A stretch of DNA of 64,000 nt from a virus. The notes below the pieces were generated by a model. It made no database searches. It saw only the letters and a list, made by a program, of their open reading frames with translations, and had not been told where the DNA came from. This document shows positions 9,339-18,300 of this stretch, in pieces (the first letter of the stretch is position 1; every line of letters starts with the position of its first letter). Location: positions 6,312 through 70,311 of IMG/VR virus record IMGVR_UViG_3300050821_004119. The stretch is one strand, 5' to 3'. Position numbers and translations under genes: made by a program.

Positions 9339-10621
9339 TATTTCTTCTCTTTCTCTTTGTTGACTAGTTTGGGGTACGATGCCCCTGGGACTAAATGAAA
9401 TGTTGATGGAAGCGAATCCTCGATCTCTTGTGCTCTTGTCGGATTCGTCTTACGAAGAGTCTTGAGCATATCCTCAATTCGCGTTTGCGATAGGGACGCA
9501 TGTTCTACAAAGAATTCAAATCCTAATAACTCTGCGAGTTTCTTATTATTGTAGTCCTTGTTTTGCATATGAGTAATCTTAATGTCTTTGCCGATTGAAT
9601 CTAAGGTGATTCGTTCTTGATGCTCTTGTTGCATCCAATTGCGGATAACCGCACTGATCTGCTTACATCGTTCTTCGGCATACTTCTTGACAGTCGAATA
9701 CTTTTCATGCTCTTCCCAAATCTTATTCCAGTCTACGTCGCCTGTCAAGTTCACTTGTGAGGAGTATAGCATCATCTTTTCAAATGTTTTACAAACTTCC
9801 TTACGATGGCACCAGGCACACCACTTATTTTGCTTTTCAACTCCATCAAGAAACTTATTTTTATCTTTGGAACTTTCGTACAATTCCCAAGTTTTAACCA
9901 TTTGTCCAGAAATACTTTTAATATAATCAATCGTATCTTGATGATTAAAGTCTTTTTCGTCAATCGTTACACATGTTCCTTGTGCTATATATTCCCATAG
10001 GCCCAAGATGTTTGTGACTGTATAACCTTGAGTATCCAAAATAGGGACAAGCACAAGCCTGCAATATAGCATATATAGAGCACATTGTATATTCTCATTA
10101 ACGAGTTCGTCCTTTGTGGAAGCCCATCCTGTCTTTTTGTCGATCAGGAGAAGAGTAATACGTTTAGGATCTTGTATCTCAGATATGATAGCTAATTCAT
10201 CAATTGCTCCCATGCACGGTAATGCCCAGGAGTTATGTTTGAACAAATTCCCATCAGCGTCAATTAACTTCTGTTCGATATTAAGTATTTGTTTATTCTG
10301 AATCGGAATCTTAGGATGGAAAGTGTTCATTCGGAACATTTTCTCGCAAAGTTCCTTTGCTAGTTTGAACATTGCGAATGACTCTGCAAAACGTTCCTCT
10401 TGACAAACCTTCTCAAAACACTTGAGCATCTCTGGTAGAGAAGATGTGTCGTAGCCAGCCTCAGGCATATAGAACATCTCGGATGTAGCATGAACTAAAG
10501 AACCTACGTCGGCCTTCTCGTTCACTTTTTTCATCTTGAATTGGGGATCATACTGTGTGAGGTAACGGCTTGGACACTCAGAGAAGTTCTGCATTGCCGA
10601 TGCACTTACATGTTTAATCAT
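9338..10621 (-). CDS. PD-(D/E)XK RecB/Cas4-like exonuclease
   Basis: SAS..F..CP, GSLVH, GAID..IDKKTG, Q..LY, CAWC..C Fe-S-type cysteines. Confidence 0.85.
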   Translation of the reverse strand: MIKHVSASAMQNFSECPSRYLTQYDPQFKMKKVNEKADVGSLVHATSEMFYMPEAGYDTSSLPEMLKCFEKVCQEERFAESFAMFKLAKELCEKMFRMNTFHPKIPIQNKQILNIEQKLIDADGNLFKHNSWALPCMGAIDELAIISEIQDPKRITLLLIDKKTGWASTKDELVNENIQCALYMLYCRLVLVPILDTQGYTVTNILGLWEYIAQGTCVTIDEKDFNHQDTIDYIKSISGQMVKTWELYESSKDKNKFLDGVEKQNKWCAWCHRKEVCKTFEKMMLYSSQVNLTGDVDWNKIWEEHEKYSTVKKYAEERCKQISAVIRNWMQQEHQERITLDSIGKDIKITHMQNKDYNNKKLAELLGFEFFVEHASLSQTRIEDMLKTLRKTNPTRAQEIEDSLPSTFHLVPGASYPKLVNKEKEKK

Positions 10622-10697
10622 TTGCTATGCGTTTCTAGCCATAAGCAATAAAAGAATCCACCGAACATCCCCACAATAGTCATTAAGAAATTAATCA

Positions 10698-11000
10698 TTA
10701 GTGCTGGGTCGAATCTGAGAAACGAGTTGAACGTGCCGTTTTGCGAGCGATCTTGCTCTTAGCGCGATTACGATCTCTATCGACTTTCGAGAACTTAGAC
10801 TCTTTATCTGAATAGCCGCGAGGAAATGTTCCATGAAGAAACATGTAATCTACTACGCCAAGCGGAAATGCATTTGTGCTATCGCCGTTTTCGTCTAGGA
10901 CTAGATTCATCATCCAATTAGCAGTATTCATCGAAATTTCACTAAGGTCGTAGCTTTTTGCAATAACTAAATCGTTCTCTATAACCACATCTGTGTTCAC
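10698..11000 (-). CDS. hypothetical protein with basic C-terminus
   Basis: 100-aa ORF overlapping the thyX stop. Confidence 0.6.
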   Translation of the reverse strand: MNTDVVIENDLVIAKSYDLSEISMNTANWMMNLVLDENGDSTNAFPLGVVDYMFLHGTFPRGYSDKESKFSKVDRDRNRAKSKIARKTARSTRFSDSTQH

Positions 11001-11905
11001 TTGACGTATTCTCCTTCAAATGTTTTGCGATATTGAATCCATGTCGGACTGAAATTTCCGTGTTTCTTATTCATTGCGAAGTAGACAGGTTGTGCAACGT
11101 GTTCGAATGCCGACCAATGGCCACTCTGTTCTAGTCTCGTCGCCAATTCCAAATCTTTTTCGATATCTTGTGACCCATGGTTAAGGTATGACACCCTGGC
11201 ACATCTTGCAACTGATATTTTCCGTAAGTCATAATGTGATTCAGGCATTAAAGCATCATGATAATCTACTTGACTTACAAACGGCAAATGCCATTCATCA
11301 TTTTCAATATTATCAGGTGTATGATTTTTAATCACATATCGAATCATTTCAGCAATATGCCTGATCGTTGGATCAGCAAGATCACTGCATCTCAGGTGAA
11401 AGAAATTATTCCAAGATGTCGAACTAATAACCGTCGTCATCCAAACGAATGGTTCAAGGAGTCGATTTGCAACTTGTTTATGACATCCTAAGTATGATAA
11501 TTCTTTTACCTGTTCGACCGCTAAGTTCCTTGCCTTTATCCAATAATGCCTGGCATTAACCTGGAGATTCTCTGAAAGTTCTTCTCCTCCCTGCATACCC
11601 CTTTGATTCGTTTGCCATTTATAGGGCATTGCAGGATTTAATAACACCTGTTCAATGACCTTATTAATTGGAATAGCTCTTGAGGATGCTGCATTGCGTG
11701 AAAACTCACGGTGAGTCATTAGCTCTGAATGAACGAACCTTGGATAGGTTACAACAATCGTTGTCAATCTTGAACCATATTGATTCAATGAGTCCGCAAT
11801 GATCTTAGCTTCATACCTACTTTGATCACTGATTTTTAATATAGGTGAATCTTCAATGAAGAATTGATTACCATTATTCTCTTCGTTTAAGATGTATTCA
11901 ATCAT
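10997..11905 (-). CDS. thyX: flavin-dependent thymidylate synthase
   Basis: ELMTHREFSRNAASSRAIP (ThyX-type motif), HKQVANRLLEP, ARCARVSY, HWSAFEH. Confidence 0.9.
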   Translation of the reverse strand: MIEYILNEENNGNQFFIEDSPILKISDQSRYEAKIIADSLNQYGSRLTTIVVTYPRFVHSELMTHREFSRNAASSRAIPINKVIEQVLLNPAMPYKWQTNQRGMQGGEELSENLQVNARHYWIKARNLAVEQVKELSYLGCHKQVANRLLEPFVWMTTVISSTSWNNFFHLRCSDLADPTIRHIAEMIRYVIKNHTPDNIENDEWHLPFVSQVDYHDALMPESHYDLRKISVARCARVSYLNHGSQDIEKDLELATRLEQSGHWSAFEHVAQPVYFAMNKKHGNFSPTWIQYRKTFEGEYVK

Positions 11906-12533
11906 TAAATTTAATCTTACTTTCTCTAAATGAGATTGAAGAAATTACTGAACAAGTATCGCAGCGGTACATGTATGAATTACCCTCTTCAAATTCAAGG
12001 GTATAAAAGGCATGCATTAATCCAGGGCATCCATTAGGTCCGGGATGAAGTCTGGAGTTAGGACAATGAGATTGATCCCAAGGACCAGGTAATACCCGAC
12101 CATACTTTTCGTTGTCATCGTTATTTACGACGGCTTTTGGCCTTGCCGATGTTTTTCTTGCCGGAGTCGGTCCCGCTCCATTTTGACTAGGGGACGATGG
12201 ACTGAGGGACAGTAGTTGCATGCCCTTAATGCCTGTGACCGCATTAGGAACTGCATTTGGCAACCCGGCCAACTGCAATTTGTTATTTTGTACGACTTTC
12301 GGTTGTCTTGCCGGTGCTTCAGGTGTTGCCCCGGTCGGCGAGGCAAGCCCGGCTGAGGATTTAGGGGAGGCGACGTATGCCTCCTGCGTTGGGTCGATAG
12401 CTATGACCTCTAGGGCGTCGTCCAGGTACTCGCCGGACTCTACATCGTAGAAGAAGATGCCGTCCCGGTTCGCCGCATGAAGGGCCTCGGAATCGCACAT
12501 CAGGGCGTTAGGATGATCGTTATTTGTGCTCAT
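11898..12533 (-). CDS. hypothetical protein with disordered linker and C-terminal zinc ribbon
   Basis: 211 aa; C..C..CDTC; no SD sequence visible (possibly leaderless). Confidence 0.65.
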   Translation of the reverse strand: MSTNNDHPNALMCDSEALHAANRDGIFFYDVESGEYLDDALEVIAIDPTQEAYVASPKSSAGLASPTGATPEAPARQPKVVQNNKLQLAGLPNAVPNAVTGIKGMQLLSLSPSSPSQNGAGPTPARKTSARPKAVVNNDDNEKYGRVLPGPWDQSHCPNSRLHPGPNGCPGLMHAFYTLEFEEGNSYMYRCDTCSVISSISFRESKIKFND

Positions 12534-12615
12534 ACTATATATATTGGTAAGTCGGGTCGTTTTCTACTGTGTTTTGAGATTTGTAAAGATTTCTTGTAAA
12601 AGGGCGGAAACGCGC

Positions 12616-12654
12616 TTGACAGGAGGTGTGAAATAGGAGTAAGGTTGTCGATAA
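12616..12654 (+). promoter_or_regulatory. sigma70-like promoter (TTGACA-18-TAAGGT) with adjacent GTCGATAA box
   Basis: TTGACA 12616-12621, TAAGGT 12640-12645, GTCGATAA 12647-12654. Confidence 0.5.
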
Positions 12655-12655
12655 T

Positions 12656-13045
12656 CATACCAGGGTGCCGCGCGCGACGAGTAAGACGCACGACACTTGC
12701 GAAGACAGGCGTAGTAAAGTACGTAAATCGCCCCCTTTGTGTGCAGAACAGCAGTCCCGAGGCCTCTCCAGCCCTAAGAAGCAGTACGTTGAGGATAGGG
12801 ACAGCCAGGGTATGAAAAACTGAATCGTAAGAACCATTTAAGGAGATTCCCTATACCTTTAGAGGTGTCTGAAATGAGCGAAGCGAATGGATAGACGCTC
12901 ACCAAGACAAGCGCACACGGCGCTAAACACCTAAAATGCGATCAGGGATTAATAGTGATTGCCGCTAAAGCTAAGGTCTCTCGAAGGAGCGAAGCGACGA
13001 GAGAGACGTAATTAGCGGTTGTATGAGCGAAGCGAATACAACAAC
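12656..13045 (+). other. highly structured non-coding element with three GAGCGAAGCGA-capped hairpins (candidate origin/ssi site or ncRNA)
   Basis: Inverted repeats CATACC/GGTATG, AGGTGT/ACACCT, CCGCTAA/TTAGCGG, GTCTCTC/GAGAGAC, GTTGTAT/ATACAAC; motif near 12876, 12987 and 13025. Confidence 0.55.
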
Positions 13046-13079
13046 TGGTTGCCAGCCAAAACACAAAAGGAGTTTAATC

Positions 13080-13289
13080 ATGATAATAAGACAAAAGTAT
13101 AGAAAAATAGAGATTAAAGGCACTAATCTAAGTCTTCCTAAAATGCAGTTCAAACAAGAATCTCCAACAGATAAACAAAAACAACTTTATAAGTCTCTAA
13201 CGAAACAAAACTTACCTGAAGACTTTGATCGTTATAAAACTGCTAGAACAATAACTGAATTAATCGCAAGAAAGAAGGCCGCCAATTAA
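13080..13289 (+). CDS. small basic protein (PTDKQ motif)
   Basis: AAGGAG RBS before ATG 13080; followed by a terminator. Confidence 0.65.
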   Translation: MIIRQKYRKIEIKGTNLSLPKMQFKQESPTDKQKQLYKSLTKQNLPEDFDRYKTARTITELIARKKAAN

Positions 13290-13303
13290 AGCGGCCTATT
13301 TTT
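13276..13303. terminator. intrinsic terminator between convergent genes
   Basis: AGGCCGC/GCGGCCT hairpin followed by a T tract. Confidence 0.7.
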
Positions 13304-13417
13304 ATTTCTCTTCTTCTAGTAAACTATCTGATCCTATTAAAATCGTGAAAGGTCCAATTAGAACATAAATGCAATTCTCGTCCGCATCGTACGCTACGCC
13401 TATTGCAAATTGTAATC

Positions 13418-13762
13418 CTATATTAAATTGAATAAACATATTAATCCTTTTATCGTAAAAGATATTAGTGCGAAAATACTGTAGGAGATCAGGCAGGCTA
13501 TCCCTGCTGTTAGAATCGACAGAAAAATGCCTCCTGCGACCCAGGAGCACGCCCAGGCTAGTTTTGCGAACCAGAACACGATTAGGTCGATTATCGCGAA
13601 GAACGCCGTGTTTATCAGGAGTGTGACAACAACTTCTGCGGTCGAATTATATTCATGGTGCGCCTGTAGCCAGCCTGGCCGTTGTAGATTTTCCATATGC
13701 GCCTGCCCTCTATGATGGGGGGTGTGGTAGTGCTCATGGTGGCGCATGTGTGCGTGTCTCAA
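13418..13762 (-). CDS. membrane protein with His-rich N-terminus
   Basis: HAHMRHHEHYHTPHH followed by two long hydrophobic segments. Confidence 0.55.
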   Translation of the reverse strand: MRHAHMRHHEHYHTPHHRGQAHMENLQRPGWLQAHHEYNSTAEVVVTLLINTAFFAIIDLIVFWFAKLAWACSWVAGGIFLSILTAGIACLISYSIFALISFTIKGLICLFNLI

Positions 13763-14034
13763 GAGAGGTACATTAATTTTAATAGCAGGGATTCGGCGGT
13801 ATCAATTTCCTCTTTGAAATCTCCTGGTAATGCTTTGAAAGCATTAATTCGGGCTTTTAGGGCGAACTGAAGGTCTATATTTTCCTGATCGGATAATACC
13901 ATATCCATTATTTTAATTCCTTTCTTTTGTGCAAAAATTACAATATTCTTTACCAGTTTTTTTATCTATTACATAAATGCAGGTATTCGGCGAACAAACA
14001 TATTTTCCGTTCATAACTGATTGAAAAAACTCAC

Positions 14035-14256
14035 TCATAATCCCAATTCCTTTTTGGCCTGTGCAAGATCACGTAATGTTCGAACATAATTTTGCCATGC
14101 ATCGTTAGCGGTAAAACCATTAACAATAGTTGTGTGCTTAGTTGCTTCCGTATAGACACGGAGAGCTTCATCGCGGATAGCTTCAAGCTTTGGAATCGTA
14201 ATCTCAAGTGTCATTATCTTAATCCTTTCATATTGTCTGGAAGACATTTGTAACAT
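14035..14256 (-). CDS. hypothetical protein
   Basis: ORF track; true start probably the internal MTLEITIP. Confidence 0.5.
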   Translation of the reverse strand: MLQMSSRQYERIKIMTLEITIPKLEAIRDEALRVYTEATKHTTIVNGFTANDAWQNYVRTLRDLAQAKKELGL

Positions 14257-14855
14257 ACCAGTGAAATAATGTTTTCGACTTCTATTTCGTATATGGCGAC
14301 GTTAATGCAACCACTGCATTTGTATTTTTTATCTATTGCGGTCAATTTCATATGGTTATTGTTGCTCCTGGGAATAATCTTTGATGTTCGGCTAAAACGA
14401 TCTCGGGTTTCGCATACGTGCCGAAGCGTGTTTCAATGCCGTTAGCATACCAGGCATTCTTTTCGAGTGTGAGCTTAATTATGTTTTTCATTTGATACTT
14501 TCTTCTTGAGCAGTACGGTAGGTTATTAGAGCTTCGGCATCGCCGATATCGCAATATTCGTCACAAGGTGTAATTGCGGAATGTTTATGTATTTTATATA
14601 GAGCTTGAAGATATTCGGCTCTTGCTTGTTCGCGGGTCATGATTTTCTTACTCCATGCATATCTGCAAGTCTTTCGAGTGCTTTAGCAATTCGTTCTAAA
14701 ACGTCAAAAAATGTTCCTTCATCTAGTATCATTATCCTATTGCTCCTGGATATCCGCCAACGGTTTCAGCTAAATCTTGTATGAAATATGAGAAACTAAA
14801 TAACATTTCAGCAAGGTGGTAACGAATTAATTTGATCATTTTAAGAACTATTCTC

Positions 14856-15485
14856 CTATAAAATTGGTAGTGTAGAAAGAACTCCTCGGATATTATATAT
14901 TCTCGATGTAATATAACTGGAGGAATACCCTAGTGTGTTTGCAACTGTTTGGATCATGTTATTAGAAAGTCGATTTTTATTTGTGAAACATGGAACTAAT
15001 TGTTGGCTATCGGTTTCACCATACATAATCAATTGAAGAATCTTGCGATCAAGAGGTTTTAATCTTGCGATAATTTCTTCGATCATCAAGTCGCTTAATG
15101 TTTCATTTTCATAATTTCGATCTTCTGCAATTCCGTATGCTGTTGCTGTTAGTTCTGTGAATTCAATTCTGTGTTTACGATTAAGACGAAATTCTTGAAC
15201 CAGAAAATCCCTTACATTATATATGCCGCATGTCCTACAGAATTGCTCTGGGTCATTGTTACCTCTACCGTCGTCAACTATATTTGCACGGTCGATACCA
15301 CGGTTTGCACCTAGCATAAAATATTGCATGCATTCGTTGTCGATAATGTTGGAAGTAATTAAACCTCCTGCGATCTTCTTAGAAAACTGTGTGATGTAGT
15401 ATTTATTCTGTTTTGCTAGTTTTATTAGGAATGCGTCTCGCAAATCATTATTGATTCGCATTTCTACGAATTTACTAATTACCAT
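14856..15485 (-). CDS. sigma-factor-like protein
   Basis: Region-2-like middle part (G..RGIDR..EQFCRTCG..VRDFL) and region-4-like HTH (LKPLDRKILQL..VANTLGYSSSYITSRI). Confidence 0.65.
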   Translation of the reverse strand: MVISKFVEMRINNDLRDAFLIKLAKQNKYYITQFSKKIAGGLITSNIIDNECMQYFMLGANRGIDRANIVDDGRGNNDPEQFCRTCGIYNVRDFLVQEFRLNRKHRIEFTELTATAYGIAEDRNYENETLSDLMIEEIIARLKPLDRKILQLIMYGETDSQQLVPCFTNKNRLSNNMIQTVANTLGYSSSYITSRIYNIRGVLSTLPIL

Positions 15486-15739
15486 ATCTCGATCAATTCA
15501 CAGGATCTAATTAATAAACTTGGCAATTCTTTCACTTCAAGCATTGTTTTATTCAATGCGATAAAAGGATGTATGTTTGTGCGCTTAACTGAGACACGAA
15601 CGTTATCTTGCCACATGCTTCCTAATATAAACATGCGTTCCACTTGAGGTTGATCTGCATATATCCCTTGTCTACAATTTTCGCAACAACATCCCTTTTT
15701 CTGTACATAACCCGGCTCATATTTGCAACTTTTAGTCAT
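15479..15739 (-). CDS. hypothetical Cys-rich protein
   Basis: GCCCENC; overlaps neighbouring genes. Confidence 0.55.
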   Translation of the reverse strand: MTKSCKYEPGYVQKKGCCCENCRQGIYADQPQVERMFILGSMWQDNVRVSVKRTNIHPFIALNKTMLEVKELPSLLIRSCELIEIW

Positions 15740-16140
15740 GTGAGACTTCTCCTGCTAAAAGATTGTACGCATTGTTTGGTAGCCTGTTCGCAAATGTTAT
15801 TTGATATAGTCATTGATGGGATGCCGTCGCCTTCGCATATATGAATTTCGTTGCAATATATACATCCTAAGTAAACGTCTATTGAAGGTTTTCCCTTTTG
15901 CTGTTCTTTAATACTTAGGTCAAGTGATGTTGAAAGAGATTCCCAAAAGTTTTCATCTTCAATAGACGATAAAACGATTGTGCCGGTTTGCAAATGTTTT
16001 TGCCATAGGTCTATTAGAAAATGTATATGGGATGCCTCCGGCCCGTTCTTTTGAGACATTTGAGGAAGGGCAATGGAAATCCATTCGTTTTTCACAAATG
16101 TTTTCCCACCATTATCCCACTTATACTTATATTCACTCAT
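15736..16140 (-). CDS. hypothetical protein
   Basis: 134 aa, CxxC..C motif. Confidence 0.6.
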   Translation of the reverse strand: MSEYKYKWDNGGKTFVKNEWISIALPQMSQKNGPEASHIHFLIDLWQKHLQTGTIVLSSIEDENFWESLSTSLDLSIKEQQKGKPSIDVYLGCIYCNEIHICEGDGIPSMTISNNICEQATKQCVQSFSRRSLT

Positions 16141-16141
16141 G

Positions 16142-16474
16142 TTATATCAAATCACTAAGACGCATGTTCAATAAACATCCACTATTTCTCATTCGTATGT
16201 TTTCTCTTGCTTGCAAAATCATATCCGAAGGTTTCACTAAAAAATCGGATGAAAAAATTACTTCGTGGTATTTTTCAGGGTAATTGGCAGTTTTATGTGA
16301 GATGCTTTGATGGTTACTCGTCGTAACCGAGTATTTCGTTGCATTGAAAATATACCCAAGGGTTTCATCATGGGTTCGGATGCACTGTTTATATGAGTAA
16401 ACATTCCCTAATTTATCTTCTTTGTACGCAGAACCTTTGCCTGGCAAACCTGTTTGTGAACACATCTTAGGCAT
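16142..16474 (-). CDS. hypothetical protein
   Basis: Start probably MPKMCSQ, after a GGAG RBS. Confidence 0.55.
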   Translation of the reverse strand: MPKMCSQTGLPGKGSAYKEDKLGNVYSYKQCIRTHDETLGYIFNATKYSVTTSNHQSISHKTANYPEKYHEVIFSSDFLVKPSDMILQARENIRMRNSGCLLNMRLSDLI

Positions 16475-16853
16475 TGAAATTACTCCAGTTTTTTTCAACA
16501 TGATTAGTATTATAGAAGGAAACCCCGTTAACCTCATTGATCGTGCTCGATATACAACTTAATGATGTTCGATTTTCCTCGCGGATTATTTCAACGCTTA
16601 CATTGAGTGTATACTTGCAACTAATTTCGCGGGGTGGATTAACGGCAATGATTTGATTGTATTTTACCGTCTTGAGCATAGACGTTCCGCATTGCACGAT
16701 GAACCCTTCAAAACCTTCGGATGCATCCCGAATCGCCCCAACGAAAATTTTCCCATCGGCGATAAAATGCACCTGGGTTCCGATCACGCGCGGTATCTGC
16801 TCCTTCGGGATAGTAGGCAAACCTACCATACCCATAGGGTTGGAATTTTCCAT
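16467..16853 (-). CDS. hypothetical protein (first gene of the leftward operon)
   Basis: 128 aa, AGGAG RBS. Confidence 0.65.
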   Translation of the reverse strand: MENSNPMGMVGLPTIPKEQIPRVIGTQVHFIADGKIFVGAIRDASEGFEGFIVQCGTSMLKTVKYNQIIAVNPPREISCKYTLNVSVEIIREENRTSLSCISSTINEVNGVSFYNTNHVEKNWSNFNA

Positions 16854-16928
16854 AAGGTTGCTCCTATTGATAGGCGATATAATAAACTTGAATCGCCTCT
16901 TGGTTCTTCGATAGGTGCTTATTATACT

Positions 16929-16983
16929 TCAGGAACGTGACTAATAACTACCTTTTCTGTAAAGAACTTGTCACAATGCTGAA
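16929..16983. promoter_or_regulatory. inverted pair of TCAGGAWTGTGAC-like motifs at the divergent junction
   Basis: TCAGGAACGTGAC 16929-16941 and GTCACAATGCTGA from 16970. Confidence 0.55.
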
Positions 16984-17180
16984 ATTTTGTGTGAAAATGC
17001 CGAAAGCACCCGTTTCTTCCTTATATGCAATTGTTTTTGCTATTCAATAGGTCTAATTGTTAGGAGCAAGTAAAGCATGCGATTTTAGTAGTCAAAAGAC
17101 TTGTGTTTTTAATCGCGGCATGGTATCGTAGTCGTATTCTCTCCTGCGTCTTGCAGGGAAAAGCTATAGGAGTTTATCAA

Positions 17181-17423
17181 ATGAAATTTCATCCCAAAGG
17201 TTCGGTTTCCCTGAACGCTACCCTTATTCCGGTCGGCGCAATCCCTGGTCAAACCGAAGCAGTGTTCCAGGTTTCTGCCGACCCAGAGAATGGCGTGGTC
17301 GCCGGATATTACCTGGCAAGCGAATTCCTCGCCAATTATACGCCGGGCGCGGCAACAGGCAAGTCTTCTGCGGCATCGGTTGCCGAGCGTCTTGCGGTCG
17401 AGGATATTATTGCCTCCCTGTAA
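17181..17423 (+). CDS. hypothetical protein (80 aa)
   Basis: AGGAG RBS; followed by a terminator. Confidence 0.7.
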   Translation: MKFHPKGSVSLNATLIPVGAIPGQTEAVFQVSADPENGVVAGYYLASEFLANYTPGAATGKSSAASVAERLAVEDIIASL

Positions 17424-17452
17424 ACAAAACCTTCTCCCTTAGAAGAAAGATT

Positions 17453-17478
17453 AAACCGCTCCGGCGGTTTTTTCTTTT
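17453..17478 (+). terminator. intrinsic terminator
   Basis: AAACCGC-tccg-GCGGTTT followed by a T tract. Confidence 0.8.
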
Positions 17479-17500
17479 GCCCTTTTCTTCTGTATTTATT

Positions 17501-17553
17501 CTTTACAATCTTAGGGCTTGTGTCCCTAAAGTTTAGGTGTACAATGTCGATAT
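17501..17553 (+). promoter_or_regulatory. sigma28 (FliA/SigD)-like promoter P1 with upstream CTTTACAA box
   Basis: TAAAGTTT-N11-GTCGATAT, close to the TAAAGTTT-N11-GCCGATAA consensus. Confidence 0.7.
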
Positions 17554-17573
17554 ACTAGAAAAGGGAGAAAAAC

Positions 17574-17681
17574 ATGACTAACAAGAAATTCGCCAAAATC
17601 ATTAAGAAAATTGAGAAATGGAAGAAAACCTATGTTCCACCTGAAGCACTTCAGTTTACCACGATAGGAGTATCGAAATGA
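17574..17681 (+). CDS. small basic protein (35 aa)
   Basis: GGGAG RBS; MTNKKFAKIIKKIEKW... Confidence 0.6.
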   Translation: MTNKKFAKIIKKIEKWKKTYVPPEALQFTTIGVSK

Positions 17682-17805
17682 GTAATTACACAACGGCATT
17701 CCTTGAATCGTGCTTCGTGCTCAATAACTTGTACAATTATGGTTCTATCACTGCATGTCTTAGTGCAGCAGACTTACTTGACTCTATGAATTCGGCAGGA
17801 TTGTA

Positions 17806-17991
17806 ATGCATGAATCAATTTTACGGCATGTCCAAGAAGTATTGCTTGCACAGAAAAACCATCGCCGGGTGAAACGCATCCTAGCGGAAATAGACAAACC
17901 GCGTAACCAGGCAATCGCGGAAGCGCGCTTAGATGCCCGCCATTTTATCGACAATCTACCGATCACTGATTATAGGGGAGCAAGACGATGA
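17806..17991 (+). CDS. hypothetical protein
   Basis: 61 aa, translationally coupled chain of small ORFs. Confidence 0.6.
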   Translation: MHESILRHVQEVLLAQKNHRRVKRILAEIDKPRNQAIAEARLDARHFIDNLPITDYRGARR

Positions 17992-18110
17992 TGACTAGAT
18001 TTATCGCGGCATTCATCCTTGCGGGGCTCCTAGCGGCACCTGCTCAAGCATATCGGCATTCCTCCCATCATTCGGGTTATCACTCTCACCATTCTTACCA
18101 CAGGCGCTAA
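17988..18110 (+). CDS. secreted His-rich peptide precursor (40 aa)
   Basis: MMTRFIAAFILAGLLAAPAQA|YRHSSHHSGYHSHHSYHRR; GGGGAG RBS; AxA cleavage site. Confidence 0.7.
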   Translation: MMTRFIAAFILAGLLAAPAQAYRHSSHHSGYHSHHSYHRR

Positions 18111-18135
18111 AGTATATCGCGGCATCTGCCGATAC
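18108..18135 (+). promoter_or_regulatory. sigma28-like promoter P2
   Basis: TAAA-N16-GCCGATAC, followed by an RBS and ATG 18157. Confidence 0.65.
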
Positions 18136-18156
18136 ACTAGAAAAAGGGAAAATAAC

Positions 18157-18300
18157 ATGAACGCACCGCAATGGATAAAAGACTTACCGCCAACGACATT
18201 AATGCAATGGCATGAAGAAAAATCTCAAATGACAATGACATCCTTGGAAGTGGTTGCCCAGTTTGAAAAAGGCATAGTTCCCACACAGGTGTCAACATGA
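18157..18300 (+). CDS. small hypothetical protein (47 aa)
   Basis: Manual translation; ATGA overlap with the next gene. Confidence 0.55.
   Translation: MNAPQWIKDLPPTTLMQWHEEKSQMTMTSLEVVAQFEKGIVPTQVST

Noticed and set aside
17988-18110. Canonical arbitrium (aimP)
   Set aside because: There is no adjacent AimR-like TPR regulator or lysogeny module; the ORF is kept as a different peptide finding.
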